This document shows, piece after piece, positions 33,684-43,584 of a DNA stretch of 64,000 nucleotides. A program made the translations under genes and the position numbers. The notes under the pieces are model-generated. The model searched no databases, was not told the DNA's origin, and saw only the letters and a program-made list of their open reading frames with translations. The first letter of the stretch is position 1. Every line of letters starts with the position of its first letter. Source of the stretch: Actinomycetota bacterium (GTDB lineage: Bacteria > Actinomycetota > Acidimicrobiia > Acidimicrobiales > WLNW01); NCBI GenBank assembly GCA_009699605.1, contig WLNW01000001.1, forward strand, positions 8,960 to 72,959, in the 5' to 3' direction.

Positions 33684-34085
33684 TCAGGCATCGAGGGTGA
33701 GGAGCTCGAGGAGGTTGCCGTCGAGGTCGCGGAAGTAGACCGACGTACCGCGCTCGCCGTTGCTGGCGGGCCGAGGCACCGGGCCTTCGATGACCGCAAC
33801 GTCGTGGAGCGCGAGGTGGTCGACCGCGGTCTTGATGGGCCCAACCCAGCGGAAGCACAGATCGACGGAGCCGGGCGTGGGGGTTCGTGCGTGCGGCTTC
33901 GCTGGTGCAGCCGCCTGGTGCAAGCTCAGGCGGTTCGCGCCGACCTGCATGATGGCCACGGGCATCTTGCGGTCGTGCCACAGGTCGGCGAGCAACAGCT
34001 CGGCGCCGAGCACGCTCGCGTAGAACGCGATCGACGCGTCGACGTCATTGCACGTGATTGCCAGATGGTCGAAACCCGAGATCAC
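33684..34085 (-). CDS. VOC (glyoxalase/bleomycin-resistance/dioxygenase) family protein
   Basis: GTG start. ISGFDHLAITCNDVDASIAFYASVLGAEL... and ...SVYFRDLDGNLLEL. Confidence 0.8.
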   Translation of the reverse strand: MISGFDHLAITCNDVDASIAFYASVLGAELLLADLWHDRKMPVAIMQVGANRLSLHQAAAPAKPHARTPTPGSVDLCFRWVGPIKTAVDHLALHDVAVIEGPVPRPASNGERGTSVYFRDLDGNLLELLTLDA

Positions 34086-34092
34086 GCGGCGC

Positions 34093-34875
34093 TCACTTGC
34101 CGTGCACCGCGGGGTCCCACGAGTACGTGGGGAACGGGCCGGCCTGGGAGCCGCCATCGATCACAAACTCGGTGCCGGTCATGAAAGCGCTCTCGTCGCT
34201 CGCGAGAAAGACCATGAGCGAGGCGACCTCTTCGGGCTCGCCGTAGCGACGCGCCGGCAGGTGCTGGAAGCGGGCGACGTCGGGCGTGGCCCCCGGGCTC
34301 GAGGACAACATGTTGGTGTTGATCGGCCCGGGGTGCACCGAGTTCACCCGGATGCCATCGCCACCGAGCTCGACCGCGGCGACCTTGGTGACCCCCCGGA
34401 TCGCCCACTTCGTGTGGCCGTAACCCGAGTGGTAGGCCAAGCCGGTGAGCCCGGCAGTCGACGACACGTTGATGATGGATCCGCCACCCGCAGCTCGCAT
34501 CGGTGCGATCACCTTCTGCATACCGATAAACGACCCGAGGAAGTTCACCCGCCAGATCTTCTCGAGTGCCTCGGGCCGTTCGTGTTCGATGGGACGCACC
34601 CAGTGGATGGCCGCGTTGTTGATCAACACGTTCAGCGACCCAAGGGCGCCGGCGGCCGCCACGGCGGTATCCCAGTCGGCTTCACTGGTGACATCAAGGT
34701 GTACGTACGTGGCCCCGTCGCCGAGGTCGGCGGCTACCCGTTCACCGTCGACATCGAGCACGTCGCCGAGGACGACCTTGGCCCCTTCGGCGATGAACCG
34801 GCGCGCGTGCGCTTCGCCCTGGCCGCGCGCGGCCCCCGTGATGATTGCGACCTTGCCATCGAGCCGTGAAGCCAC
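34093..34875 (-). CDS. SDR, 3-alpha(or 20-beta)-hydroxysteroid-dehydrogenase-like
   Basis: GTG start preceded by GAAGGGAA. KVAIITGAARGQGEAHARRF and YGHTKWA. Confidence 0.9.
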   Translation of the reverse strand: MASRLDGKVAIITGAARGQGEAHARRFIAEGAKVVLGDVLDVDGERVAADLGDGATYVHLDVTSEADWDTAVAAAGALGSLNVLINNAAIHWVRPIEHERPEALEKIWRVNFLGSFIGMQKVIAPMRAAGGGSIINVSSTAGLTGLAYHSGYGHTKWAIRGVTKVAAVELGGDGIRVNSVHPGPINTNMLSSSPGATPDVARFQHLPARRYGEPEEVASLMVFLASDESAFMTGTEFVIDGGSQAGPFPTYSWDPAVHGK

Positions 34876-34921
34876 GGTGTTCCCTTCGTCTTCGGTGAAA
34901 ATCGAGCGATGCGGCACGGGC

Positions 34922-36487
34922 TCAGATCGAGCGCGTGCGCCCTTCCCAATACGGGTCGCGCAGCTTGCGTTTGTAGAGCTTGCCGTTGGGATCACGCGGC
35001 ATCTCAGTGGTGTAGTCGATCGTTCGCGGATGCTTCTGGCGGGCGATGTTGTCGCGGCAGTACGCCATGATCGATTTGGTCGTCTCGTCGGTGGGTTCGA
35101 ACCCGGCGCGCAGCTCGATGACCGCCTTGATCTCTTCGCCCGCGTCCTCGTTCGGGATGCCGAAGACCGCGACGTCGGCCACGGCTTCGTGCTGGATGAG
35201 TGCACCTTCGATTTCGGCCGGGTAGATGTTGACGCCGCCCACGATGATCATGTCGTTGCTGCGATCGTTGAGGAACAAGAAGCCTTCCTCGTTGAAGTAC
35301 CCGACGTCGCCGACCGTCCAGAACCCGCTGTCCTTCAGGCGACTCTTCGAGGTCTTGGCTTCGTCCTTGTAGTACTCGAACTGGTTGCCACCCATGCGCA
35401 TGTAGATCGTGCCCGACTCGAACGGCGGCAATGTCTCGCCTTCCTCGTCGACCACGATGACCTCGCTGTTCGGCCACGGCTTGCCGACGGTACCGGGATA
35501 CTTCATCCACTCGTCGGCGCTCACCCACGTGCCACCGCCTTCGGTAGCCGCGTAGTACTCCCAGATGGCGTTGCCCCACCACTCGATCATCTGCCGCTTG
35601 GTCTCGACCGGGCAGGGCGCCGCAGCGTGCACCATCGAGCGCAGGGACGAGACGTCGTACTTGGCGCGCACCTCGGCCGGCAACTGCAGCATGCGGTTGA
35701 ACATGGTGGGCACCATGTGGCTCTGCGTGACGCGGTACTTCTCGTATCGCTCGAGAGCGCCCTCCGCGGTCCACCGGTCCATGAGCACCACGGTGTGGCC
35801 GATCTGCAAGGACGTCGTCGTCCAGTTGTTGACGGCCGTGTGATAAAGCGGCGCCTGCGCGATGTGCACGTTGCCATCGTGCGGGCGACAGGCGAACAGC
35901 AAGAACAAGCCACCCGACGCGGCACCCATCTGGTCGGGGCCGATCTCGGGCAACGATCGACGCACGCCCTTGGGCCGGCCGGTGGTGCCCGAGGTGTAGA
36001 ACATGAACGCGCCCGTCGAAAGCTCCTCGGGGCGTTCGGTCGGCTGCGCCGCGATGAGCTCGTCGTAAGGCCGGAATCCGGCCACGGCGCCGACGCTGAA
36101 GCGGTGCGTGACCGGCACGCTGATCTCGGGAACGATGCGCTCGGCCTCGCCGGCGAAGCGCTGGTCGACCACCAGCACACGCGTCTCGCTGTCGTTCACG
36201 ATGTAGGCGATCTCGGGGCCGACGAGGTGCCAGTTGACCGGCGTGAAGTAGAAGCCGCCCTGGAAGCACGCGAGCGTCATGGCGACCTGGTGGATGCCGT
36301 TCGGCAGCACCGTGGTGACCTGGTCGCCGCGCTTCAGCCCGAGCGCCCGCAAACCGTGCACGATCTGGTTGGTCAGCTGGTACAGCTCACCGAAGGTGTA
36401 CTCGTCGTAGTCGGGGGTGACGACGGCCAAGTGGCCGGGGTCGGCCTCGGCGATCCTCCAGAACCCCATCGCGTCGGTGTTGGCCAT
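34922..36487 (-). CDS. AMP-dependent acyl-CoA synthetase/ligase
   Basis: 521 aa. FMFYTSGTTGRPKGV (AMP-binding motif), ...GDVGYFNEEGFLFLNDRSNDMII.GG.NIYP.EIE. AGGAGGAG RBS before the ATG. Confidence 0.9.
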   Translation of the reverse strand: MANTDAMGFWRIAEADPGHLAVVTPDYDEYTFGELYQLTNQIVHGLRALGLKRGDQVTTVLPNGIHQVAMTLACFQGGFYFTPVNWHLVGPEIAYIVNDSETRVLVVDQRFAGEAERIVPEISVPVTHRFSVGAVAGFRPYDELIAAQPTERPEELSTGAFMFYTSGTTGRPKGVRRSLPEIGPDQMGAASGGLFLLFACRPHDGNVHIAQAPLYHTAVNNWTTTSLQIGHTVVLMDRWTAEGALERYEKYRVTQSHMVPTMFNRMLQLPAEVRAKYDVSSLRSMVHAAAPCPVETKRQMIEWWGNAIWEYYAATEGGGTWVSADEWMKYPGTVGKPWPNSEVIVVDEEGETLPPFESGTIYMRMGGNQFEYYKDEAKTSKSRLKDSGFWTVGDVGYFNEEGFLFLNDRSNDMIIVGGVNIYPAEIEGALIQHEAVADVAVFGIPNEDAGEEIKAVIELRAGFEPTDETTKSIMAYCRDNIARQKHPRTIDYTTEMPRDPNGKLYKRKLRDPYWEGRTRSI

Positions 36488-36680
36488 CGGATCTCCTCCT
36501 GGAGGACTTGTTTCCCAGCGCAGGCATCGTAAACGACGCCGAGCGCCTCGGCCTCGGCCTCATCTCCAGCTCCAGCCATCGACGAGACCGCCATTCGTCG
36601 AGATACTCGGACGTCAGGGACGATACGGCCCCTCCCCGCTTGGTAATAGAGTGTTGACAACTTTCACTGGGAGGTGGCTC

Positions 36681-37103
36681 GTGGCCCGATCCGACATCGA
36701 TCAAACCCTCGCCGGGATTCCGATCTTCTCTGAGTGCTCCAAGAAGGAACTCAAGGCGATCTCGAAGCTCGTGACGTCCGTGCACATCAACATGGGCAAG
36801 GTGCTCGTTCGCGAGGGTGATGCCGGCCGCGAGTTCATGATCATCGCCCAGGGCACCGCCGTCGTGAAGCGCAACGGTCGCAAGATCGCCGTGCTCGGCC
36901 CCGGCGACTTCTTCGGCGAGCTCGCCGTGCTCGCGGGCGTCCCCCGCACCGCCACCGTCACCGCCGAGACCGACATGGTGGTCGAAGCGATGAACCGCCG
37001 GGAATTCTCGTCGCTGCTCGACGAGAGCCCGGCCATGGCCAAGAAGATCCTGTTGGGCGCCGTCAAGCGCATGTACGCCAACGACCAGAAGTCACTTCAC
37101 TAG
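36681..37103 (+). CDS. stand-alone cyclic-nucleotide-binding domain protein (140 aa)
   Basis: GTG 36681 preceded by GGGAGG. IPIFSECSKKELKAISKL...GDFFGELAVLAGVPRTATVTA (cNMP-binding FGE...R(T/S)A motif). No HTH or other output domain follows. Confidence 0.8.
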   Translation: MARSDIDQTLAGIPIFSECSKKELKAISKLVTSVHINMGKVLVREGDAGREFMIIAQGTAVVKRNGRKIAVLGPGDFFGELAVLAGVPRTATVTAETDMVVEAMNRREFSSLLDESPAMAKKILLGAVKRMYANDQKSLH

Positions 37104-37201
37104 TCGCACTCACTCGTCGCGCTCGCCGACGCTCGCTCGACTCCGTTGCTGCGAGTTGACCGGTGCCGGCTATGTCGGCGCGAAGTGCGCGCAAACGCGG
37201 G

Positions 37202-37984
37202 TCACCAGCCGGGCGGCAGGTTCGTGAAGTCGGGGGCGCGTTTCTCGGCGAAGGCGGTGAGCGCTTCCTTGTTCGCCGGACCGGCCATGAGCTTTTGGAA
37301 CGCCGCGTTCTCGCGGCGGCGCGCCGCGTCGATCTCGGCCCGGTAGGGCGCGTTCATCGCGGCCTTCGACTCGACGAGTGAGCTGATGGGCTTCTTCGCG
37401 AGATGGGTCGCGTGACGCATCGTCGTCGCGAGGAGGTCGTCGGGTTCGCATACCTTCCACACGAGACCCATCTCTTGGCATTCGTGGGCGCCCAGCCACT
37501 CGCTCGACAGCAATGCCCAGGTCGCGTTCTGCCGACCGAGGAGCAACGGGAACGTGTAGCTGGATGCCGCCTCGGGCGCGACTGCTAGGTCGGTGAACGG
37601 ACATTTGAGCTTCGCGGTCGACGACATGAACACGAGATCGGCGAGGCCGAGGATGGTCGCACCGATTCCGATGCCGATGCCGTTCACCGCGAGGATCAGC
37701 GGCTTCGAGAAGTCGAGCAGGGTATCGATCATGCCGGCGAAGCCGTACTGCCCGGCGACGAACGACGGATCGGTGCCGCGGGCCGCCATCTCGAGCAGGT
37801 CGGTACCGGCGGAGAACGCCCGCCCGGCGCCGGTGATGACCACCACCGCAACGGCATGATCGGCAGCGGCGGCGCGCAGCGCGACGGTGGTCGCGTCGTA
37901 CAAAGCTTCGTTGAACGCATTGAGCGCCGCGGGGCGGTCGAGCGTGAGCACACGCACCCGCTCGGTGTCTTCGATCTGGAGCAT
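37202..37984 (-). CDS. enoyl-CoA hydratase/isomerase family protein
   Basis: VRVLTLDRPAALNAFNEAL...VVVITGAGRAFSAGTDL. 260 aa. Confidence 0.9.
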   Translation of the reverse strand: MLQIEDTERVRVLTLDRPAALNAFNEALYDATTVALRAAAADHAVAVVVITGAGRAFSAGTDLLEMAARGTDPSFVAGQYGFAGMIDTLLDFSKPLILAVNGIGIGIGATILGLADLVFMSSTAKLKCPFTDLAVAPEAASSYTFPLLLGRQNATWALLSSEWLGAHECQEMGLVWKVCEPDDLLATTMRHATHLAKKPISSLVESKAAMNAPYRAEIDAARRRENAAFQKLMAGPANKEALTAFAEKRAPDFTNLPPGW

Positions 37985-38200
37985 TCGGCGATGTTAGGTG
38001 GTCACGGAACGCCGGCACATCGCGGTCATCCACCTCGGGGTAGGCCGTAGATGTCCCGGACGACCTATCGACTGCGAGGCGGGTTGACCGAGAAGTACAC
38101 GGCGGGAGCGTTCCCATGGCGTTCTCGCAACCTGCCGCGGGTGGGCCACATCACTTCGTGGCGGACGGCGTCCTCGTCTGCCACGACTAGCGTCCCGCGC

Positions 38201-39118
38201 ATGGCGATCTCCGCATCTCGCATCTTCCACGTCAACGCGAACTGCACCGACCTCAAACGGTCGCTCGGCTTCTACCGCGATCTGCTGGGTCTCACGCAGA
38301 ACACCCACCCGATGCCGAGCATCCTCCAGCGCGGCGATGCGTTCGGACTCGAACAGGTCATGTGGGATGCGTGGATGCTCCAGAGCGACCTCGGCAACGA
38401 TGGGCTCGCGCTCGACCTTCTCGAGTGGAAGACCCCCTTGCCGGCCGGTGCCCCACCGCGTGCGATCAACGAGATCGGCTTCCATCACCTCACGATGGCC
38501 GTGCCCGACCTGCACGCGTGCGTCGATCGGCTGCGTGACGCAGGCGTCACCATCATCGGCGGCCCCGTCGACATGGATCTCGGCAACGGCTCGAGCATCT
38601 CGATGGCCATGGTCGAGGATCCTGACGGCATCCCACTGCAGCTCATCGGCGGGCGCGACACCCGCATCTCGCATGTCGTGATCAATACGCGCGATCTCGA
38701 CGGGTCCGTCGCGTACTACCGCGATGTGATGGGCATGACGGTGTTGCGCGTGGTCGACGCGGTGCGTCAGTCGGGCGCCCTCTACGGAATGGCCGACCAT
38801 GTCGAGTGCCGCTCCGCCATGATGCGCGATGCGGGCTCCAAGTTCATGGTCGAGCTCATCGAATGGATCGATCCGCTACCTGCGCCCGGCACCGATCGGG
38901 TGCGCAACGCCAACGACATCGGCCTGTTCCGCATGGCGTGGTCGACCGCCGATTGCCACGGCGACGAGACTGTCGTGCGCGCCGCCGGTTCCGTGCCGCT
39001 CGCGCCTACCGGCACGTTGTCCGTCGGCGACCACCTGCCGCTGCTGTACGTGCTGTTCTGGCCCGGCCCGAACGGCGAGTGCCTCGAACTCATACAGACC
39101 GGCGCGCCGCGTCCCTGA
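38201..39118 (+). CDS. two-domain VOC-family protein (glyoxalase/extradiol-dioxygenase-like fold)
   Basis: Start at internal Met MAISASRIFHVNANCTDLKRSLGFYRDLLGL. Second module ISHVVINTRDLDGSVAYYRDVMGM. Substrate unknown. Confidence 0.75.
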   Translation: MAISASRIFHVNANCTDLKRSLGFYRDLLGLTQNTHPMPSILQRGDAFGLEQVMWDAWMLQSDLGNDGLALDLLEWKTPLPAGAPPRAINEIGFHHLTMAVPDLHACVDRLRDAGVTIIGGPVDMDLGNGSSISMAMVEDPDGIPLQLIGGRDTRISHVVINTRDLDGSVAYYRDVMGMTVLRVVDAVRQSGALYGMADHVECRSAMMRDAGSKFMVELIEWIDPLPAPGTDRVRNANDIGLFRMAWSTADCHGDETVVRAAGSVPLAPTGTLSVGDHLPLLYVLFWPGPNGECLELIQTGAPRP

Positions 39119-39135
39119 ACTGCGGCCGAGTACAG

Positions 39136-39912
39136 CTAACGATTGCCGGCGGTCATGCCACCATCGACGGGGATGATCGCGCCCGTCAGATAGGACGACG
39201 CAGGCAGCACGAGCGACAGCACGATGTGCGCGACCTCGACCGGTTCGCCGTAGCGGCCGATCGGTACGCGGCGCCGGGCAAAGGTAGCTTTCGAATCATC
39301 GGGGATCCGCGAGGTCATCGCCGTGTTGATCGGGCCGGGGCAGATGCAGTTCGCAGTGACTCCGCTGCGACCGAGATCGACGGCCAACGAACGCGTGAAG
39401 CCGACCAGGCCGGTCTTCGATGCCGTGTACGGCGAAGTGCGGGGGGTCGCCCCCAGACCCTCGGTGGAGGCCACGTTGACGATGCGGCCGTCGCGGTTGC
39501 GCACGAGATCATCGAGGCATGCCCGGACGAAGCGCATCGGCGCGTCGAGATTGATCGCGAACGTGCTGCGCCACACCGCCTCGTAGTCGGGTTGGTCGAG
39601 CGTCGCTCCGGCGGAGACGCCGGCGTTGTTCACGAGTATGTCGATCGGGCCGAGCTCGTCGCGCACCGCCGCCACGCACTGTTCGATCGCCGATCCATCA
39701 GAGAGTTCGACCACATAGCCGCGAGCGATGCCGCCGCTGGCCGTGATCTCGCTCACGGCCGCGTCGAGCGTGTCGGGTGCACGATCGACGAGCGCGACGC
39801 GCGCGCCCTCGGCGGCGAACAGCAGCGCTATGGCGCGACCCATGCCACTCGCGGCGCCCGTGACCAGCGCCGTGCGACCTGCGATGGATCGCACGTTCGC
39901 GTCAGGGGTCAT
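39136..39912 (-). CDS. short-chain dehydrogenase/reductase (SDR)
   Basis: VTGAASGMGRA and YTASKTG. The start overlaps the stop of the upstream ABM gene. Confidence 0.9.
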   Translation of the reverse strand: MTPDANVRSIAGRTALVTGAASGMGRAIALLFAAEGARVALVDRAPDTLDAAVSEITASGGIARGYVVELSDGSAIEQCVAAVRDELGPIDILVNNAGVSAGATLDQPDYEAVWRSTFAINLDAPMRFVRACLDDLVRNRDGRIVNVASTEGLGATPRTSPYTASKTGLVGFTRSLAVDLGRSGVTANCICPGPINTAMTSRIPDDSKATFARRRVPIGRYGEPVEVAHIVLSLVLPASSYLTGAIIPVDGGMTAGNR

Positions 39913-40217
39913 CGCAACTTCTGGACGACGGTGCCGGTGACCGCGCTGCCGTTTACCAAGAGGCCAGCCAATGCTTGGTGAATCGTGGCCAGCGCGTCGC
40001 TGGCCATGTGCGCGTCCATCGCCGACTGGTCGGTGTAGTGCTCCCAGAAGTAGAGCACGTCGGGCTCGTCGCCCTCGCTCAGCGTGTAGGAGAGCGTGCC
40101 CTGTTCCTTCGCGGCCTGTTCGAACATCGGGCCGAACACGGCCTTGAGTTCCTCGCGCTTGCCGGCCGCGGCCACCATGGTGGCAAACATGACTCGTTCG
40201 GACGTTGTTCCGGACAT
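39909..40217 (-). CDS. ABM-domain (antibiotic biosynthesis monooxygenase-like) protein
   Basis: About 102 aa from MSGTTSERVMFATMVAAAGKREEL... with ...LYFWEHYTDQSAMDAHMASD. Confidence 0.7.
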   Translation of the reverse strand: MSGTTSERVMFATMVAAAGKREELKAVFGPMFEQAAKEQGTLSYTLSEGDEPDVLYFWEHYTDQSAMDAHMASDALATIHQALAGLLVNGSAVTGTVVQKLR

Positions 40218-40286
40218 CGCTTCACACCCCTGCATCGTTGGACGTCGGGCAGTCTCGCGCCAACGGCCTGCCTATGCTGGCGTCTC

Positions 40287-41339
40287 ATGGACAACCCGCC
40301 TCCTGAGGCCCCGCGTGGCATCGACCGGGTGCGTGTCGACCCCTGGCTCGTCGAGAACGTTCCGGGCGCTACCGCTCCGTTCCGCTATGACCTCATCGCC
40401 GCCGGAGGGTCCAACCTCACCTTCCGCGTCACCGACGCGGCCGAGCACGTGTGGGCGTTGCGCCGTCCCCCCGTCGGCCACGCACTCCCCACCGCCCACG
40501 ACATGCATCGCGAGTGGCGCATCATGGCCGCGCTCGAGCGCACTGCAGTGCCCGTGCCGGCCTGCATCGCATACTGCGCCGACGTCGACCTGAACGGCGC
40601 GCCGTTCTACGTGATGAGCTTCGTCGAAGGGCTCATCGTCCGCGATCGCGCGTCCGCCGTCGGCCTCACCGCCCAGGACGCCGACACCGCCACCGACTCG
40701 CTCATCGACGTCCAGATCGCGTTCCACACCGTCGACCTCGACGCCATCGGCCTGGGCGACCTCGCCAAGCGCGGCGACTACGTCGGGCGCCAGCTCAACC
40801 GGTGGCGCACGCAAGTCGAACGGGCCAACGTGCGCGAGCTCCCGCTCATGGTCGAACTCCACGAACGACTGCTCGCCGCCAAGCCGGTGGAGCAGACCGC
40901 ACCGGGGCTCGCACACGGCGACTACCGCTTCGACAACACCATCCTCGGCGCCGACAACACCGTGATCGCCGTGCTCGACTGGGAGTTGTGCACGATCGGC
41001 GATCCGATCGCCGACTTCGCGTGGTCACTGCAGTATTGGGCGGACCCCGGCGACGAGTTGACCTTCCTCAGCGACCCGCCCACCCTCGAACCGGTCTTCG
41101 TACGCAGCGACGAAGTGGTCACCCGCTACGCGACGCGTTCGGGCTTCGATCTCTCGGACCTGCCGTACTACGCGGCGTTCAGTTGGTGGAAGCAGGCGTG
41201 CATCGTCGAGGGGGCCTACGCACGACGCCTCGCCGGTGCAACGGGCGGCATGCGCTCCACCGGCGATCCCGCCGACATCGGCCGCCGCGTCGATCGGATG
41301 CTCGAGCACGCAGCCGACCTCGCCGCCGACGTGCGGTGA
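40287..41339 (+). CDS. phosphotransferase (APH/choline-kinase-like) family protein
   Basis: Start at MDNPPPEAPRGIDR. ...GGSNLTFRV..., ...LAHGDYRFDNTIL (HxDxxxxN catalytic loop), ...VLDWELCTIGDP. Confidence 0.85.
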   Translation: MDNPPPEAPRGIDRVRVDPWLVENVPGATAPFRYDLIAAGGSNLTFRVTDAAEHVWALRRPPVGHALPTAHDMHREWRIMAALERTAVPVPACIAYCADVDLNGAPFYVMSFVEGLIVRDRASAVGLTAQDADTATDSLIDVQIAFHTVDLDAIGLGDLAKRGDYVGRQLNRWRTQVERANVRELPLMVELHERLLAAKPVEQTAPGLAHGDYRFDNTILGADNTVIAVLDWELCTIGDPIADFAWSLQYWADPGDELTFLSDPPTLEPVFVRSDEVVTRYATRSGFDLSDLPYYAAFSWWKQACIVEGAYARRLAGATGGMRSTGDPADIGRRVDRMLEHAADLAADVR

Positions 41340-41369
41340 GACGACCCGCACCGAGATGAGCATCACCTC

Positions 41370-42305
41370 ATGACACGCGCCGCCATCGTGCTCGACTGCG
41401 ACCCTGGGCTCGACGACGCCGTCGCGATCCTCGTCGCCAGTCGCTATGCCGACCTCGTCGCCATCACCACCGTCAACGGCAACGTGTCGCTCGACAAGAC
41501 CACGCGCAACGCGCTGGTCGTCGCGCAGGTCGCGGGCCTCGATGCTCCGGTGCACGCGGGCAGTGCGCAACCGCTGGTCCCGCACTCGCTCGACGCCTCG
41601 CACATCCACGGCGAGAACGGGCTCGGCGCCGACATCGACATCGCGCTCACACGCCGCGTCGTCAGCGACGACGCGGTCGGCTTCCTCGTTGAGCTGGTGA
41701 AGGAACGCGACGATATCCACCTGGTGGCCGTCGGGCCGCTCACCAACGTCGCATTGGCGATTCGCCGCGATCCCCGGTTCGCGTCGCGGCTGCGAAGCCT
41801 CACGATCATGGGTGGCGCAGCGTGCGGCGGCAACGTGACACCGACAGCCGAGTTCAACATTTTCATCGACCCTGAAGCCGCCGCTATCGTGTTCGACTGC
41901 GGGGTGATCGTGCGCACCATCCCGCTCGACCTCACAAAGCACGTCATCGCGCATGCCGCGCACGTCGATCAGCTGCGCGCCGCCGACACTTCGACGTCGC
42001 GCTTCGTCGCCGATCTGCTCGTGTACTACGGACGCATCGGCGCCACGGTCAAGGTGCCCACTCTTGGAGCCTTGCACGATCCTTGTGCCGTGCTCGCCGT
42101 GACCAACCCCGAGTTGTTCGGTCTTGTACCGCGGCACGTCGACATCGAGCTCGACGGTCAGCACACAAGGGGCATGACGGTGGTCGACGCACGCCGCAAC
42201 GTCGAACCCGCCGACCAGAACGCGCTCGTCGGCTACAGCGTCGACGCTTCGCGTGTGTTGCGCATGATCGTCGATGCGTCGATCGATCCTCGGCCCGCCA
42301 CATGA
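41370..42305 (+). CDS. nucleoside hydrolase (inosine/uridine-preferring family)
   Basis: IVLDCDPGLDDAVAI (DxDxxxDD fingerprint). 311 aa. Confidence 0.9.
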   Translation: MTRAAIVLDCDPGLDDAVAILVASRYADLVAITTVNGNVSLDKTTRNALVVAQVAGLDAPVHAGSAQPLVPHSLDASHIHGENGLGADIDIALTRRVVSDDAVGFLVELVKERDDIHLVAVGPLTNVALAIRRDPRFASRLRSLTIMGGAACGGNVTPTAEFNIFIDPEAAAIVFDCGVIVRTIPLDLTKHVIAHAAHVDQLRAADTSTSRFVADLLVYYGRIGATVKVPTLGALHDPCAVLAVTNPELFGLVPRHVDIELDGQHTRGMTVVDARRNVEPADQNALVGYSVDASRVLRMIVDASIDPRPAT

Positions 42306-43387
42306 ACCGCCTCGCCATCGTCGATCACGCCAAGCTCCGCGTCATCGACGTCGACCGCAAGAGCGGCACCGACATCGGCGCCTTGGCCGACAGCAGGCTT
42401 GCGAATCGCCAGCCTGCGTGGAGTCCCGACGGCGCATTGCTCGCGTGGTCGGCCTTCGATCGCCGCCAGACCGATTCACCGGCGTCCCTGGCCATTGCGA
42501 CACCCGACGCGACCTGGCGCATCGATCATCCCGCAGTCTTCCCGCCCTTCTACCTCGCCTGGCGCCGCGATTGCCGCGCTGTGGCCGCGCTTGCCGACGG
42601 CCCCCTAGGGCTCGAGTTGTCGGTCACCGACGTCGCTTCGGGTTCGTGCGAGATCGTCCACCGCGGCGCGCCGCTGTTCTTCGATTGGTCGGCCACCGGT
42701 GCGCTCGCCGTGCATGCCGGCACCGGCGAGTCGGCGCGCCTCGAGGTGCACGGTGCCGACTACGACCACGAAGCGTTCACTGCGCTCGCCCTCGGCTCGT
42801 TCAGCGCGCCCGCCTTCCTTCCCTCCGGTGAGCTCCTCGCCGTGGTCGTCCACGAAGGCCACCCCGTGCTGGCGCTCATCGATCGCGCGGCCACGGTGCA
42901 GCGCGTGATCACGAACGCCGAGTTCGGTTCGCGCTTCGCGGTCCACCCTTCAGGCGACTGGGTGGCCACCACCAGCGGTCGCAGCGCGAGTGGCGCTCTG
43001 GTCGTGCACCACCTCCCCTCCGACACGATGTCGTTCGTCGACGAGCGCGCCCCCGCGCTGTTCGCATGGAGTGCCGAGAGCATCGGCCTGCTCTTCGCTC
43101 GCGTCCTCGATCGCGGCGACTCCCCCGTGCTCGAGTGGTGCACCTGGCACGATGGCGAGGTGCGCGCGCATGTCCGCGCACGCATCACCGCCACGTTCGC
43201 ACGCGAGGTGCTCCCCTTCCACGAGCAGTACGCACGATCACACTCGTGGTGGTCACCAACGGGCGATGCGTTCTGCTACGGCGCAGTCGACGACTACGGC
43301 AACGACACGATCTGGGTGGTGAACATCGCCCGTCCGAACCCCGAGCGCATCGCGACCGGATCGATGGCGGTCTGGTCACCTCGCTAG
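42302..43387 (+). CDS. hypothetical beta-propeller (TolB/PD40-like) protein
   Basis: The ATG overlaps the upstream stop (ATGA). PAWSPDGALLAWS and further W/F-S-P-(S/T)G-like repeats are present. No signal peptide is obvious. Confidence 0.65.
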   Translation: MNRLAIVDHAKLRVIDVDRKSGTDIGALADSRLANRQPAWSPDGALLAWSAFDRRQTDSPASLAIATPDATWRIDHPAVFPPFYLAWRRDCRAVAALADGPLGLELSVTDVASGSCEIVHRGAPLFFDWSATGALAVHAGTGESARLEVHGADYDHEAFTALALGSFSAPAFLPSGELLAVVVHEGHPVLALIDRAATVQRVITNAEFGSRFAVHPSGDWVATTSGRSASGALVVHHLPSDTMSFVDERAPALFAWSAESIGLLFARVLDRGDSPVLEWCTWHDGEVRAHVRARITATFAREVLPFHEQYARSHSWWSPTGDAFCYGAVDDYGNDTIWVVNIARPNPERIATGSMAVWSPR

Positions 43388-43584
43388 ATCCCGCATTTTC
43401 GCAGGATCGTGTTCGATCGTTCGTGGAACCGGGTGGATCGTGCCATTGGGCGAGCGCTGCCGACTGGCGTGCAGCGCTCCACCAGGATCAGAGCCGCTGT
43501 TCAGTACCCGTTCAGCGTCTACGCCCGGCCCGCCGTGGGGGTATGGCGGGCCGTCCCCGCACACCTGCGGGCTAACCTCCGCGT

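Noticed and set aside
36494-36506. Palindrome TCCTCC-t-GGAGGA over the acyl-CoA synthetase RBS, considered as an SD-sequestering hairpin
   Set aside because: A 6-bp stem with a 1-nt loop is sterically impossible. The best feasible structure is 5 bp with a 3-nt loop, too weak to argue for regulation.
34445-36532. 695-aa plus-strand ORF antisense to the acyl-CoA synthetase and SDR genes
   Set aside because: It has no recognisable motifs and a strong Arg/Val/Asp/His bias. The opposite strand encodes a complete AMP-binding enzyme with canonical motifs and a strong RBS.
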